NCBI GenBank assembly: GCA_963921275.4
Contig: OZ001293.3
Span: 6,592,001-6,656,000 of the forward strand
Length of the DNA stretch: 64,000 nucleotides
Source of the DNA: an uncultured Hormoscilla sp.
GTDB lineage: Bacteria; Cyanobacteriota; Cyanobacteriia; Cyanobacteriales; Desertifilaceae
Reading direction: 5' to 3'
Shown here: positions 23,679 to 35,450 of the stretch, one piece after another
Layout of the letters: every line of letters starts with the position of its first letter
Numbering within the stretch: position 1 is the first letter of the stretch
Program-made: the position numbers and the translations under genes
Notes under the pieces: generated by a model
Told to the model about the DNA's origin: nothing
Database searches by the model: none
Seen by the model: only the letters and a program-made list of their open reading frames with translations

Positions 23679-24220
23679 TTAAAAAGAAAATCCGTAGCCA
23701 ATCCCTAAGATAAATCTACTCCTATCACTAGCATTACCTGTGATATAAGTCACAGCTGGTGTAATTACCAGGGGCAGGTTCCCAAATGGGACGACGGATA
23801 TTCCGACTGTCAAATCCTGACCCGTCCATTCAGCGATCGCATGCATCTGTGGCACCACTTGCACCGCCACAGAGCCAAACAAGCCAACCGAATCAACATC
23901 ATTGTCAATATCTGCATCAGAACGATAGCGAAACATCTTACTGGCCACGCCATAAACACTCGCACCGCCATCGGTTTCACCCCAAGCGATCGCATTGTTG
24001 ACTCCCACAGCCGCAGCCAAATCCTGGGGCAACCGGCGATGAAGCTTGAAACTGATGCTGCCATCTTGTCCAGTATCCCCGATTAAGTCGAGGACGTTCA
24101 CGCCGACATCTAAACTGGCTGTTTGCTTGGGGTCACCAAATCTGAAGCCAATCCCTAGTCCGCCATCGGCAGTATTGGTAAAACGAGTTCTCGATTGTAA
24201 ACTTAAGCCAATACTATAGT
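23679..24220 (-). pseudogene. outer-membrane beta-barrel-like hypothetical protein, 5' part decayed
   Basis: Alternating beta pattern; C-terminal GIGYGFSF. Confidence 0.5.
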
Positions 24221-24318
24221 CTATTATAGCTTCCGATTACTTGCGGCCAGAGCCCATATCGATATTTTGCCGATCGCCGTAGGCGCACGCTTGCGCTGCA
24301 GGCAATCGCAGCCAGATC

Positions 24319-26127
24319 GGTCGGGGTCGAGCTGGGAATCGCTCCCCAACCCTCCAAGAGCGAAACCGTGCTTGCGACTTTCACCGCACACGGCTACTGG
24401 TTACCAGGTCCTTGTCATGGATAGGCTTTATAGGGGTTACCCACCGTAGGCCCTTACTGTCTACTTGTTGGCTCCTTCTATGTGCAGGTTAGCGAGCGGT
24501 TGTCAAGGAACCTGTGGTCTCTCGCCTAGTTTATATCGCCGTCCGACGGCAGTCACCCTGTTTCACCTACACCTTCACTCATACCTCCATCAGTCCCCGA
24601 GGGGTCCAAATCGGGCTCATAATATATGTGGAGTTACTAGGGCGTGTCATCAGTTAGATTAACGATATGGGTCCCCACCAAAAATATATAACCAGATGAT
24701 TGAGTTGACAACCAGGATATATTGGTGTGATCTAAGAGGGTAAAGGTTAGAGCAGGAGAATTTGAGAAATGCGTCGCTATGCTTTAAGAGATGACCAGTG
24801 GGAGAGAATCAGGGACCTATTGCCAGGTCGGGAGGGTTATGTGGAGGGGACAGCTAAGGATAACCGCTTATTTGTCTATGCTGTCTTGTATCGATATAGA
24901 GCTGGGATACCTTGGCGGGACTTACCCGAGCGATTTGGGGACTTGAGGGTAATTCATACGCGCCATAGTAGGTGGTCAAAATCCGGGGTATGGGAAAGAG
25001 TATTCAAGGTACTTGCGTCCGATGCCGATAACGAATATGCGATGATTGATGCCACGATATAAAGGGCTCATCAACATAGTGCAGGTGCTCAAAAAAAAAA
25101 GATTGCGACCAAGCCATCGGACGCCGTAAAGGGGGTTTGAGTACCAAAATTCACGCGACCTGTGACGCATTGGGGAACCCAAACGGGTTTTCATTTAACA
25201 GCGGGTCAAGCTCACGATTTGGAAGGGGCTGATGTGTTACTTGATAATATTAAGGCTGATGCGTTACTCGCAGACAAAGCTTCTGATGCTGACGAACGGG
25301 TTTTGAAACGTCTTGAAGCCCAGCAATGCGAACCTGTGATTCCGCCTAAATTCAATCGAAAAGAACAACGCCGTTATGACAAATATCTATACAAAGCACG
25401 TCATTTGATTGAGAATTTTTTTGCCAAACTCAAGCAATATCGAGCCATTGCCACCCGTTACGATAAGAGGGCTCAGAATTTCTTGGGTGCTATCTACCTG
25501 GCTGCTACTGTTGTTTGGCTTAACTGATGACACGCCCTAATCTGAACAGCATCCTGGTATATCCGTCCCACGTCAGCGTCCTTGTGGACATCACCGGGAT
25601 TGCTCCGGGCGTTATCCCAGGCATTACCCTGGGCATTTGCTTTTTGGGACATCCCTCCTCCCGTGGCTTGCGCTTAATATCTAACTTGTCTAGCCGGTCG
25701 AGACCAGACAGCACACGAGAGGTTACTTCGTTCCTTGATGTCATTTCACGATATCTTTAGGTCCGTACTATTCCCCGACAGTCTTTCGGATACATGACTA
25801 GCCACTGCCCAAGCTAGCCCTGACTGCTTCCCCTTTTGGGGCCAGCGTATATAGCCTTATTCCGCTGGTTTTGGTTAACGAGGTTTTTATACGTTCGCTT
25901 GTTCTAACCTTGGATATCTTTCCTAGCGGAGTCACCGATTTAGGCTACCAGCTATCCTACATTTGAGTCCTCGCTCAGCACCACGGTGATATCGCTCCGC
26001 AGCACCTCCGACCGGTGTCAACCCTGCATCTGGGCGGGAGGAATTTAACCCCCATGAACATCAAAGTTCCCGGTTGATGTAACCGGTCGCTCATGACCTG
26101 TTGCGGGTCATTTACAACGAATCGCAC
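24319..26127 (-). mobile_element. ORF-less group IIB intron carrying an IS5 insertion
   Basis: GTGCGATTCG at 26127; DV/DVI ending CCCCGACC at 24319. Confidence 0.9.
24640..25537 (+). mobile_element. IS5-family (IS427-like) element
   Basis: TIR GGGCGTGTCATCAGTTA with TA flanks; MRRYALRDDQW, WRDLPERFG, RAIATRYDK; A10 run between the ORFs; stop at 25060. Confidence 0.92.
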
Positions 26128-26463
26128 GAGCAGCCGCATATTACATTTTTGTAACTCAAAACGTAAATCTTTGACTTCGGCCGGGCAGAAAAATCAAATT
26201 GGCGGTATAGTGGTACGGGCTATGGCAGGGGAAGGCGGCGATCTCACCCTTCTTTTGATCGACAACTGGCCGGACAGTACAATACCCAGAGCTAATAGCA
26301 TTTGCCCAAAAAGAGGTGCTGTAGTTATGTAGCCCGGAAGTCTCTCCCCTAGCTACTTTGGCCTTCTCTTATTGCTATCAGCCCGAATTACCTACCTTTT
26401 GTTAATGTAGTCATACATAACCCGATCGCGTAAAATAGCGGTCTTAGTAAAGGAGTAGCTACT

Positions 26464-27612
26464 GTGACAGATACAAACAACCCAAATACCGAGGAACTCG
26501 ACGATGAAATGGACACCTACGAGGATCCCTGGAACCATGAAGAAGAGGAAATAATCATTGAGTCCTTTGACCCGGCCCTGATTAAGGTTGACACAAGGCC
26601 AATGACCATCGATCTAGTGCTTTCACGCATTGAGTACGAGGAACTGGACTTAGCCCCTGATTTTCAGCGTCAGGCGGGAATCTGGACTCAGACTGCTAAA
26701 AGCCGACTGATTGAGTCAATCCTGATCCGCATCCCCCTGCCCGCTTTTTACATGGATGCGACTAATGAGGATAAATGGTTGGTTATAGATGGGCTACAAC
26801 GGCTGACCGCCATCAAGCAGTTTGTCATCGATGGCGAACTTAAGCTTAAGGGACTAGAGTTCCTCGCTCCCCTTGAGGGCGCAACCTACAATGAACTGCC
26901 CCGTAATTATAAGCGTCGCATCCAGGAAACTTTGCTGACAGTCTATCTGATTGAAAAGGGTACGCCTCCTGAAGTTAAGTTTACTATCTTCCGCCGGATT
27001 AACAGAGGTGGTTTGCCTCTGTCGCCACAAGAACTCCGCCACGCCTTGAATCCCGGGAAGGCACCCAAACTTTTGGCTAGACTTGCAGACTCCTTAGAAT
27101 TCAAGGATGCAACAGGAATTAGAGATTGGCGAAAAAAACGCATGGTGGATCATGAGTTTGCCCTGCGCTTTTTATCTTTCAATATTACTAACTACAAAGA
27201 TTACAATTCTAAAAGCTTAGATGTGTTTCTCAATCAAACGATGGCGGATATCAATCAAATGGAGGATGCCGAAATCGAGCTGCTGGAAGCAAAGTTCAAG
27301 TGGGGAATGGTGGCGGCCTTTGAACTTTTTGGTAAATATGGTTTTCGGAAACGAGAAAAAGCTAATCCTGAGAAAATGTTTTCACTGAATAAAGCCTTAT
27401 TTGAAGCTTGGTCATTTAATCTCGGTCAGTTGGACGAGAAACAACTGCAAACTCTGAAGGAACGCAAGTCAGATTTACAGAATAAATTTATCGATATGAT
27501 GGAGAATGACGATGAATTTAAGAGTTCTATCTCTCAGGGGACTAGCACGGTGAGTAAAATTAAGTATCGCTTTAGTGCCATTGAAAATCTGATCCTAGAA
27601 ATGCTGTGCTAA
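26464..27612 (+). CDS. DUF262-domain (GmrSD-like, ParB/Srx fold) protein
   Basis: PDFQR..W..S.LIESIL..IP, IDGLQRLT, FRRINRGG.PLS.QELR. Confidence 0.88.
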   Translation: MTDTNNPNTEELDDEMDTYEDPWNHEEEEIIIESFDPALIKVDTRPMTIDLVLSRIEYEELDLAPDFQRQAGIWTQTAKSRLIESILIRIPLPAFYMDATNEDKWLVIDGLQRLTAIKQFVIDGELKLKGLEFLAPLEGATYNELPRNYKRRIQETLLTVYLIEKGTPPEVKFTIFRRINRGGLPLSPQELRHALNPGKAPKLLARLADSLEFKDATGIRDWRKKRMVDHEFALRFLSFNITNYKDYNSKSLDVFLNQTMADINQMEDAEIELLEAKFKWGMVAAFELFGKYGFRKREKANPEKMFSLNKALFEAWSFNLGQLDEKQLQTLKERKSDLQNKFIDMMENDDEFKSSISQGTSTVSKIKYRFSAIENLILEMLC

Positions 27613-27675
27613 GGGTTCGTAGTAAGCACTAAAGTGCTTCCGGAACGCAAAGACTAAAGTGCTTACTACGAACCC
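27613..27675. repeat. palindromic REP-like element between convergent genes
   Basis: gggttcgtagtaagcact...agtgcttactacgaaccc; related motif near 59253-59300. Confidence 0.7.
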
Positions 27676-27677
27676 AA

Positions 27678-28274
27678 TTAATTTGACACCTCTGCCATTT
27701 CAATCACGCGACCTTCTAAATCTTTTACTAAGAAATTCAATGGCTTGTCGCGGCGAATTTTGTGTTTAATCGCTCGCAGTTGGATTCGCATCAGCACTTG
27801 TTCTAGACAATTGCGGTCAAAACAGACATGACGCTGGCGATTTTTGGCTCCTAAACTTGCCCCAGAAATCACGTGCAACTGGGTATTCTTTTTAAGATTA
27901 TACCACAAACCATCAGGACGGTCCATGGAGGTAGCAGTTGTACTTCCCATACCAGATGATAAGTACAGAGGATCGATCCCTGTTGCACCCAAAGTTTGCT
28001 CGTAGTTGTAATAGTAGTGCAGGGGGACATCCGCTACTGGTAAATCTAACAATTGTTCGTAGAACTGTCGTGCTATTTCCAGATCCGACACCATGATCGT
28101 GTGCACTTTCGGCGCACTGCTGAGAAACATCCACATGGCACCTGCATACGCTATCAACAGCATGACCATGATTCCCTGAGTAGAAAACAGGCTATCCAGG
28201 GGTAGAAAAGGAAACAATGAACCTACATAGAAGGGTGGAAGTGAGTCAGAGATAACACAAGCAGATAAAACCAT
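27678..28274 (-). CDS. VOC/glyoxalase-like membrane-anchored protein
   Basis: HTIMVSDLEIARQFYE..RHVCF..KDLEGRVIE. Confidence 0.8.
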   Translation of the reverse strand: MVLSACVISDSLPPFYVGSLFPFLPLDSLFSTQGIMVMLLIAYAGAMWMFLSSAPKVHTIMVSDLEIARQFYEQLLDLPVADVPLHYYYNYEQTLGATGIDPLYLSSGMGSTTATSMDRPDGLWYNLKKNTQLHVISGASLGAKNRQRHVCFDRNCLEQVLMRIQLRAIKHKIRRDKPLNFLVKDLEGRVIEMAEVSN

Positions 28275-28314
28275 TTACTTAACTTAGTGGTCAGTGGTCA
28301 GGGGTCAGGGGTCA

Positions 28315-28480
28315 GTTGTATTAGAGGTAGGTTGTATTAGAGGTAGGTTGTATTAGAGGTAGGTTGTATTAGAGGTAGGTTGTATTAGAGGTAGGTTGTA
28401 TTAGAGGTAGGTTGTATTAGAGGTAGGTTGTATTAGAGAGGTAGGTTGTATTAGAGGTAGGTTGTATTAGAGGTAGGTTG
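28315..28480 (+). repeat. 16-bp tandem repeat GTTGTATTAGAGGTAG x10
   Basis: Head-to-tail units without spacers; one unit has an extra AG; flanked by 7-mer repeats. Confidence 0.95.
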
Positions 28481-28683
28481 TCAGGGGTCAGTGGTGCAGG
28501 ACTTGTCTGGTCTGTCCGTTGTCCGTTGTCCGTTGTTAGTGAGCCCGGAGGCAGGTAATGGCAGGTTGATGGCTCCAATTGTTGACGACTGTTCTGGACA
28601 TGCTCCCAGTAGTTTTTGTTGTAGCGCCACCAGATTGGGACTACAGCTATAATGATTTTAACAATTTACTAAAGATGTGATAG

Positions 28684-29487
28684 ATGTTTCCTGACCAGCT
28701 GTGGCTAGCTCTAGCGATCGGGAATTCGCGGCTGCACTGGGCAATATTTGTCGGTGCAACCCTCTTGTCAACCTGGGAGATCGATCATCTGCCGGTTGAT
28801 AGGGGGGCGGAGATGATTCAGCAATGGGCTGCTGGTGAATGGCCGGAGGCGATTTTTCCTCCCAGCTTGGTTCCTTCCTGGGTAAGTTCTGCTTCCCACA
28901 AAGGCCCAATACCCCTTTATCTGGCTTCCGTTGTTCCCGATCGAACCAGACTCATTGAAGCTTATCCCTACAGTCGGGCGATCGCCCTAGAACAATTGCC
29001 CTTGGTGGGACTCTATCGGACCCTAGGTATCGATCGAGCCTTAGCTGTGTTGGGTGCGGGAACCGAGATGGGGTGGCCCGTGCTGGTGATTGATGCTGGT
29101 ACTGCTCTTACTTTAACAGGTGCTGATGCTAATCGCCAGTTAGTGGGAGGAGCCATCCTGCCCGGATTGAGATTACAATTACAGTCTCTGGCTGCTAACA
29201 CTGCGGCATTACCGGTTGTCCAGACCCGGCCCTCTCTACCGGCACGGTGGGCTAATACTACAGTAGATGCTATTTCTAGTGGCATTGTTTACACCCTCTT
29301 GGCTGGCATTCAAGATTTTATCGCTGATTGGTGCCAGCAGTTTCCCGAGACCGCGATCGCTATGACTGGGGGTGATCGCGCCATTTTGCTCTCCTATCTC
29401 CAAGCTCATGCACCGGCAGTAGCAGCAGCAATAATTCCCGATCCCCATTTAATCTTCTGGGGCATGCGCTCTATTGTTAATGGTTAA
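28684..29487 (+). CDS. coaX: type III pantothenate kinase
   Basis: IGNSR, LGIDR, VIDAGTALT, GGAILPG, TGGD. Confidence 0.93.
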   Translation: MFPDQLWLALAIGNSRLHWAIFVGATLLSTWEIDHLPVDRGAEMIQQWAAGEWPEAIFPPSLVPSWVSSASHKGPIPLYLASVVPDRTRLIEAYPYSRAIALEQLPLVGLYRTLGIDRALAVLGAGTEMGWPVLVIDAGTALTLTGADANRQLVGGAILPGLRLQLQSLAANTAALPVVQTRPSLPARWANTTVDAISSGIVYTLLAGIQDFIADWCQQFPETAIAMTGGDRAILLSYLQAHAPAVAAAIIPDPHLIFWGMRSIVNG

Positions 29488-30110
29488 ATATGGTTACGAT
29501 TCAGATGCGATCGGCACCTGTCGTTAATAGTAAAAACATTGAACAATCGTCATACGATCGTTAGTAAATGAGCATTAAATCTACACAGCTTCTACCAGTC
29601 TCGCCACTAGCAATGGTTATCTTAACCGTTGCGATCGAGGCTACAGGATCGATCCCCGTGCTACCGTTTTTGGTGCAGCAATTTCGCTCCGATGCCTTCA
29701 CCATCGGTCTGCTGGCATCTAGTTTTGCCATAGCTCAGTTCTTAACAGCCCCTTTATTAGGAATTATGTCCGATCGATACGGACGGCGTCCTATTATACT
29801 GACCTGTGCTGCTAGTGCATCGATAGGGTTTTTCACTCTTGGTTTGGCAAATACCTTGGGTGCATCTCAATTTTGCATCTGTGACCTATCATAGACTTTT
29901 ATCTATGATAAAATTTATTGGCTTTTGCCAAGGATGCATCTTACTTTTGCAAAAACATCATGTAGAAAGGGCCCCATTTATATAAGCACAACGTCAAGAA
30001 AGTATTTGGGGAAGGTTGGATAGTGCGATGAGTTCTAGCCTAACGTAGTCAAATACGGAACGCTAGCCTAGGAAACTAGTAACTCTGATATTCATGGGGG
30101 TTAAGTTCCC

Positions 30111-30864
30111 GTGCGATGAGTTCCAGCCTAACGTAGTCATATACGGAACGCTGGCCTAGGAAACTAGTAACTCTGGTAATCATGGGGGTTTAATTCCCCC
30201 TCCCCAGGTACAGGGGTAACCGCGTGAGGTGCTGCGAAATAACATCGTCGTGGTGCTAAGCGAGGACTCAAATGTAGGATAGCTGGCAGCCCAAGCCGGT
30301 GACTCCGCTAGGAAAGATGTCCATGGCTAGAACAAGCGAACCTATGTAAACCTCGTTAAACCCAACCAGCGAAATAAGGCTTAATGCGCTGGAACAAAAG
30401 TTAATGCAGTTAGTGTTAATTAGGGAATTGGCTAACATTGTACCCAAATAACTGCCGGGGAAAAGTAGGGGCCTAAAGGCATCGTGAAATGATACCAGGG
30501 AACGAAGTAACCCTTCGTGTGCTGTCATAAAGGACCAGTCAGATGTGAAGCGCAAGCCGCGAGTGGGAAAGATGGCCTAAGAAGCAAATGCCCGGAGTAA
30601 CGCCTGGGATATGCAGACGTCGGTCGGTGATAGTTGGAAGTCTTGGGTAAAAGTAGCCCTAAATATGCCTACAGCTCGGGGGAAACCTGTCAGAGATGGA
30701 TAAGCTCAAGGGGCCAAATCTCATGAGACGAGGGACAACGGGAGTAATCCCGAAGTTACCTACCAGTGACAAGGACCAACTACCCAGTAGCCGTGTGCGG
30801 TGAAAGTCGCATGCACGGTTCCGAACGGGAGGGTTGGGGAGCGATTCCCAGCTCGACCCCTAAT
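30111..30864 (+). mobile_element. ORF-less group IIB intron (B) nested in domain I of A
   Basis: Removal restores the family consensus ttccc-tctccccagg. Confidence 0.92.
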
Positions 30865-31487
30865 TCTCCCCAGGCGCGGGGGTAACCGCGTGAGGTGCTG
30901 CGGAGTAACATCACCGTGGTGCCTCCCGAGGACTTAAATATAGGATAGCTGACAGCCTAAGTCGGTGACGCCGCGCTTGTTAGATGTCCAAGGTCAGAAC
31001 AAGCAAATTCATGTAAGCCTCGTCACATCCAACCAGCGAAATAAGGCTTTATGCGCTGGCCCAAAAGGGAAAGTAGTTAGTATTGGTTATTATCCATGAC
31101 CAATATCGTGCTCTAAGAACTACCGGGGTAAAGTGGAGACCTAAAGGCATCGCGCTCCGGATATCAGGGAACGAAGTAACTACTCGTGTACTGTCCGATC
31201 GGACCAGTCAGATGTGAAGCGCAAGTCACGGGTAGAGAGATGGCCCAAGAAGCAAATGCCTGGAGTAATGTCTAGGATAAGCAGACGTGCGGTGAGGGTG
31301 GGTGATAGTAGGAAGTCTCGGGTAAAAGTAGCTCTAAAACGTTATCAGCCCTTCACTGCGAAGTGATGAGGAATAAATTACTGGTAAAACGGACGTGAAA
31401 ATGGTGATACTAAAGGTTATCCGGCAGCGCCACTCACCAACCAGTGAAGGAGCAAAATCGCATGAGACAAGGGACAATGAGAGTAAT

Positions 31488-33877
31488 GTGCGATTCGTTT
31501 AGTGTAAACCACCGGCGATAAGTCGATGGGGGACCACTGGCAGGGTTCCATCAGCCCTGACAACTTCTAGATGATGGTGGTGAAAGTCCACCCCTCCAGG
31601 TGCAGGAGTGACAGCACTTACCCGACGGTAGCGATGGCATCAATCCGTAAAGCGGGTAAGAAAGGCGCAATAACTGGTAGCCTGAACCAGTTACCGCCAA
31701 GCAAGTAGTCATGGTGAGCGAAAGCAAAGACTCATATAAGTGTCGTTACATTGAACCAGCGAAAAGGCTGATGCGCTGGCCCAAAAGGGAAAGGATACAG
31801 GTCATTGGCGGTTGTTTTTCCGACCAATAAGCACTGACAATAAACCCGGCATAGAAAGTCCACCTAAAACTACGACCAATCATCTAGAGGAACGAAGTAA
31901 ACCAGGTACATACTCTCAACCACAGGTCGATAGGTTGAGTAGCCACCACAGGCGCAACATCTGCTTTTATTTGGCAGGTTGTATCTGGGAGAGATTTCGT
32001 GGAGAAGCTAACGCCCTTCTGTAATGGACGGGATATGCTGACGCCCTCACGGTAACGTCAATTGTGAAGTTGTAAGTAGCAATGCATACGTCATGAGCAC
32101 GATCTCCGAATCGATGAATGAATGGAAGGATACCCCCTGGCGAAAGTTGGATCGGGTAGTCTTTAAGTTGCAAAAACGAATTTACAGAGCGGTAATGGAA
32201 GGCAATAAGCGAACGGTTCGCAGACTCCAAAGGTTACTGGTAAAATCCCGGGCTGCCAAAAGTCTAGCGGTACGACAGGTAACTCAAGACAACCAGGGAA
32301 AGAAGACAGCGGGAGTGGACGGTGTAAAAGCACTGACCCCAAAGCAACGCTTAGAACTGGTAGGACAAATTGAAATCTCAAACAAGGCCAAACCTACACG
32401 TCGTGTATGGATACCAAAACCAGGGAGAGACGAAAAGCGTCCACTAGGAATACCAACGATGTACGACCGGGCGACACAAGGACTCCTCAAAATTGCGCTT
32501 GAACCCGAATGGGAGGCGCATATGGAAGGAAACTCCTATGGTTTCAGACCGGGTAGGGGATGTCACGATGCAATACAGGCAATATTCGGAAGCATCAAAC
32601 AAAAATCAAAGTGGGTATTGGATGCTGATATTGCAAAATGTTTTGACAAGATAGACCACAGGGCGCTACTGGAAAAACTGAATACAACATCACCCATTCC
32701 TAGACAAATACGGGCATGGTTAAAAGCCGGTGTGATGGACAAAGGGGAGTGGCACGCAACCGAGGCGGGAACGCCCCAAGGGGGTGTCATATCCCCACTG
32801 CTAGCCAACATAGCCCTCCACGGGTTAGAGGAGGCAGTAAAGAAACTCGCTATGACACAAAGGGAAAAGCAGAAGCTAACAGTAGTTAGATATGCAGACG
32901 ACTTTGTGATAATGCACGAGGATAGGGAGATGATAGACAGAGCGCAGACAGTGGTAGCAGAGTGGCTAAAAGGAATGGGGTTAGAGCTGAAAGCCGAAAA
33001 GACAAAGATAGCCCACACACTAATCGAAGAAAACCCGGGGTTTGATTTCCTAGGATTCAACGTAAGGCAACATCAGGTGGGAAAACACAGAACCGGCAAA
33101 TCAACTCAGGGAACACCCCTAGGCTACAAAACCCTAATCAAACCCAGTAAAAAGTCCATAGGGAAACATAAAGAACGGTTATCAGAAGTGGTAACTAGCC
33201 ATAAAACAATACCGCAAGAGGCCTTGATAAGTAGGCTAAACCCAATAATACGGGGATGGTCAAACTATTACAGGACAGTGGTAAGTAAGGAAACTTACAA
33301 CGATATGGATAAATACCTATGGAACATCCTATGGCAATGGGCCAAAAGGAGGCACCCTAATAAGTCAAGTCACTGGATAGCCCGTAAGTACTGGTCCGTA
33401 GACCAGGATGGTAAATGGCGATTCCGATGTAAGACAGGAGAGGGAGAGATAACGCTGCGCAAACACTCCGAAACTGAGATAGTCAGACACGTAAAAGTGA
33501 AAGGAATAGCAAGCCCATATGACGGGAACCTTACATATTGGAGTACAAGGTTAGGCAAAAACCCCGAATTGAGTAAGAGGGTAGCAACGCTACTTAAGAA
33601 GCAAAAAGGAAAATGCCAACACTGCGGACTAACATTCAAGGACAGTGACAAATGGGAAGTTGACCAGATCAAGCCCCTTTCATTAGGAGGTAAGGACCGG
33701 TATGACAACCTACAATTACTGCACAAGCATTGCCACGACTCAAAGACTGTCAACGATGGCAGCAAAAACAGCCGTACCCATGACAAGGGTGATGTTGCCG
33801 AGGAGCCGGATGAGGTGAAAGTCTCACGTCTGGTTCTGAAGACGAGTCGGTCCGGTGACGGACTGGCTTAGTTTAAT
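31488..33877 (+). mobile_element. RT-encoding group IIB intron (C) nested in domain IV of A
   Basis: GTGCGATTCG...TTAGTTTAAT. Confidence 0.95.
32093..33871 (+). CDS. ltrA: group II intron RT/maturase with HNH domain (only uninterrupted copy)
   Basis: 592 aa; YADD; HNH reads EVDQI instead of EVDHI. Confidence 0.95.
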   Translation: MSTISESMNEWKDTPWRKLDRVVFKLQKRIYRAVMEGNKRTVRRLQRLLVKSRAAKSLAVRQVTQDNQGKKTAGVDGVKALTPKQRLELVGQIEISNKAKPTRRVWIPKPGRDEKRPLGIPTMYDRATQGLLKIALEPEWEAHMEGNSYGFRPGRGCHDAIQAIFGSIKQKSKWVLDADIAKCFDKIDHRALLEKLNTTSPIPRQIRAWLKAGVMDKGEWHATEAGTPQGGVISPLLANIALHGLEEAVKKLAMTQREKQKLTVVRYADDFVIMHEDREMIDRAQTVVAEWLKGMGLELKAEKTKIAHTLIEENPGFDFLGFNVRQHQVGKHRTGKSTQGTPLGYKTLIKPSKKSIGKHKERLSEVVTSHKTIPQEALISRLNPIIRGWSNYYRTVVSKETYNDMDKYLWNILWQWAKRRHPNKSSHWIARKYWSVDQDGKWRFRCKTGEGEITLRKHSETEIVRHVKVKGIASPYDGNLTYWSTRLGKNPELSKRVATLLKKQKGKCQHCGLTFKDSDKWEVDQIKPLSLGGKDRYDNLQLLHKHCHDSKTVNDGSKNSRTHDKGDVAEEPDEVKVSRLVLKTSRSGDGLA

Positions 33878-34240
33878 CTCTAGTAATCCTACCATTGACT
33901 TGGGCCTACTACCCAGTAGCCGTGTGCGGTGAAAGTCGCATGCACGGTTTCGAATGGGAGGGTTGGAAAGCGATTTCCAGCTCGACCCCTAATTATTCTA
34001 TTGAGCCCCTGAAATTTTTTATCCGTGTTCCAATACGTTTAATCACTGATTCTATTGAACCAGAACCGATAGAACTCACTGATTCTAACTGATAATACTG
34101 ATAATCAATTATTCGAGAAAGATGTTTTTCCAAATAATTACATAAATTCTGAGCAGCTTTCTTTTTGAGACGATTGAATAATAGTATTGTTTCATCAACT
34201 TTTCCCGACCAGAGGATATTTTTAGCTTTTTTATCCTCGT

Positions 34241-35450
34241 GGCACTGGTTCCGCTGAACAGGATAGCCCAAAGGCTTGCCCTCTATGAATTATAGATGAT
34301 ATAATGGAGAGGCTGAGACTTTTCCGGAATTGGAGGTGTGTTATGGAACTATTCTCGCAGTGTTGTCCCTGTTGTGGGAGTGAAGAGGTACACCCTCACC
34401 ACCCTCCCTGAGACTCAACACAACGGTAGCCGCACCATCCACCATTGCCAGGCGTGTGACATTTACTACAGTGAAACCTTGGCCACTTAGCGGGTCTACG
34501 AACTCCCTGAAGTCGGATTATCCAAGTTCTTAAAGCCAGGAGTGAAGGGATGGGTCTCAATGCAGTCGCACGAACCTTTAACGTCTCCAAGAAAACTGTC
34601 ATCGATTGGGAAGACCGTCTCGGGGAGCTCAAACCAGTTCTGAGGCTCTCTGCCTGGCTCCATCAGTTGATAGAATTGATGATTGAAGGAGATGAACTCT
34701 ATACAAAGGTGGAGAAAAATGAGCCGCCTGCCCTGAGTCAAGGGTGGAGGATTGTTAGTCGGGATCTCCGGCGTCTTCCGCGTACTCTTGTCCTTCAGGA
34801 CAAGAGTACGCGGAAGACACCGCCCAGTCGTTTTTTGTGGGAGTTGCACTGTGGCTCGAAAGACCAACAACTGTTTAAGCGAGCCTTAAATACTTTGGTT
34901 GAAGTGATTTCGCAAACCGAGGATCTTAGCCTGTTTACCGATGGGGAACGGCGTTATGGTAATTTGCTCTTTGACATTTGCCATGAGGTGATCCGAGATG
35001 GCCAACCCGGTCGTCCCCCCAAACCTCTGCCTAAAGGAATACGGGTCAGACTCAAGCATAAAGGAGCCAAGAAGCGAGTGGGTCGTCCTCGTAAGAAATA
35101 TGAAGCTCCCGTGCCTGAGCATCCTCAGACAGAGACGAAAGTGGTAGAAAACGAGATTCATGCCAACCATGTTGAGGGATTCAATGCCTGAATGCGACGG
35201 CGAAATTCGGCTTTCCGTCGCCAAACCAACACCGATGCGAAGTCTCGTCAACATCTCCAAAGAACCCTGGATTTCTTCTGGGTCATCCACAACTTTGTAC
35301 GGGTGCATTTCACGACTAAAGTTGTCCCTGCTGTCAAGTTAGGGCTCTTGGAAACCGGAATATCAAGGTCTCAATTATTTAGCATACGATCTGCTCTGTA
35401 ATTCCCTAAATTCAGCAACAAGACCCCAAACACTTAACGAAACCAGTGCC
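34241..35450 (+). mobile_element. IS1-family-like element, degraded
   Basis: TIR GGCACTGGTT; 8-bp TSD atcctcgt; EGDELYTKV, FTDGERRY, HANHVEGFN. Confidence 0.8.

Larger units (their letters stand above)
30023..33993 (+). mobile_element. outer ORF-less group IIB intron (A)
   Basis: GTGCG at 30023; DV/DVI ending CCCCTAAT; segments join across two nested introns. Confidence 0.9.

Noticed and set aside
28315..28480. Possible CRISPR array
   Set aside because: The 16-bp units are contiguous with no unique spacers
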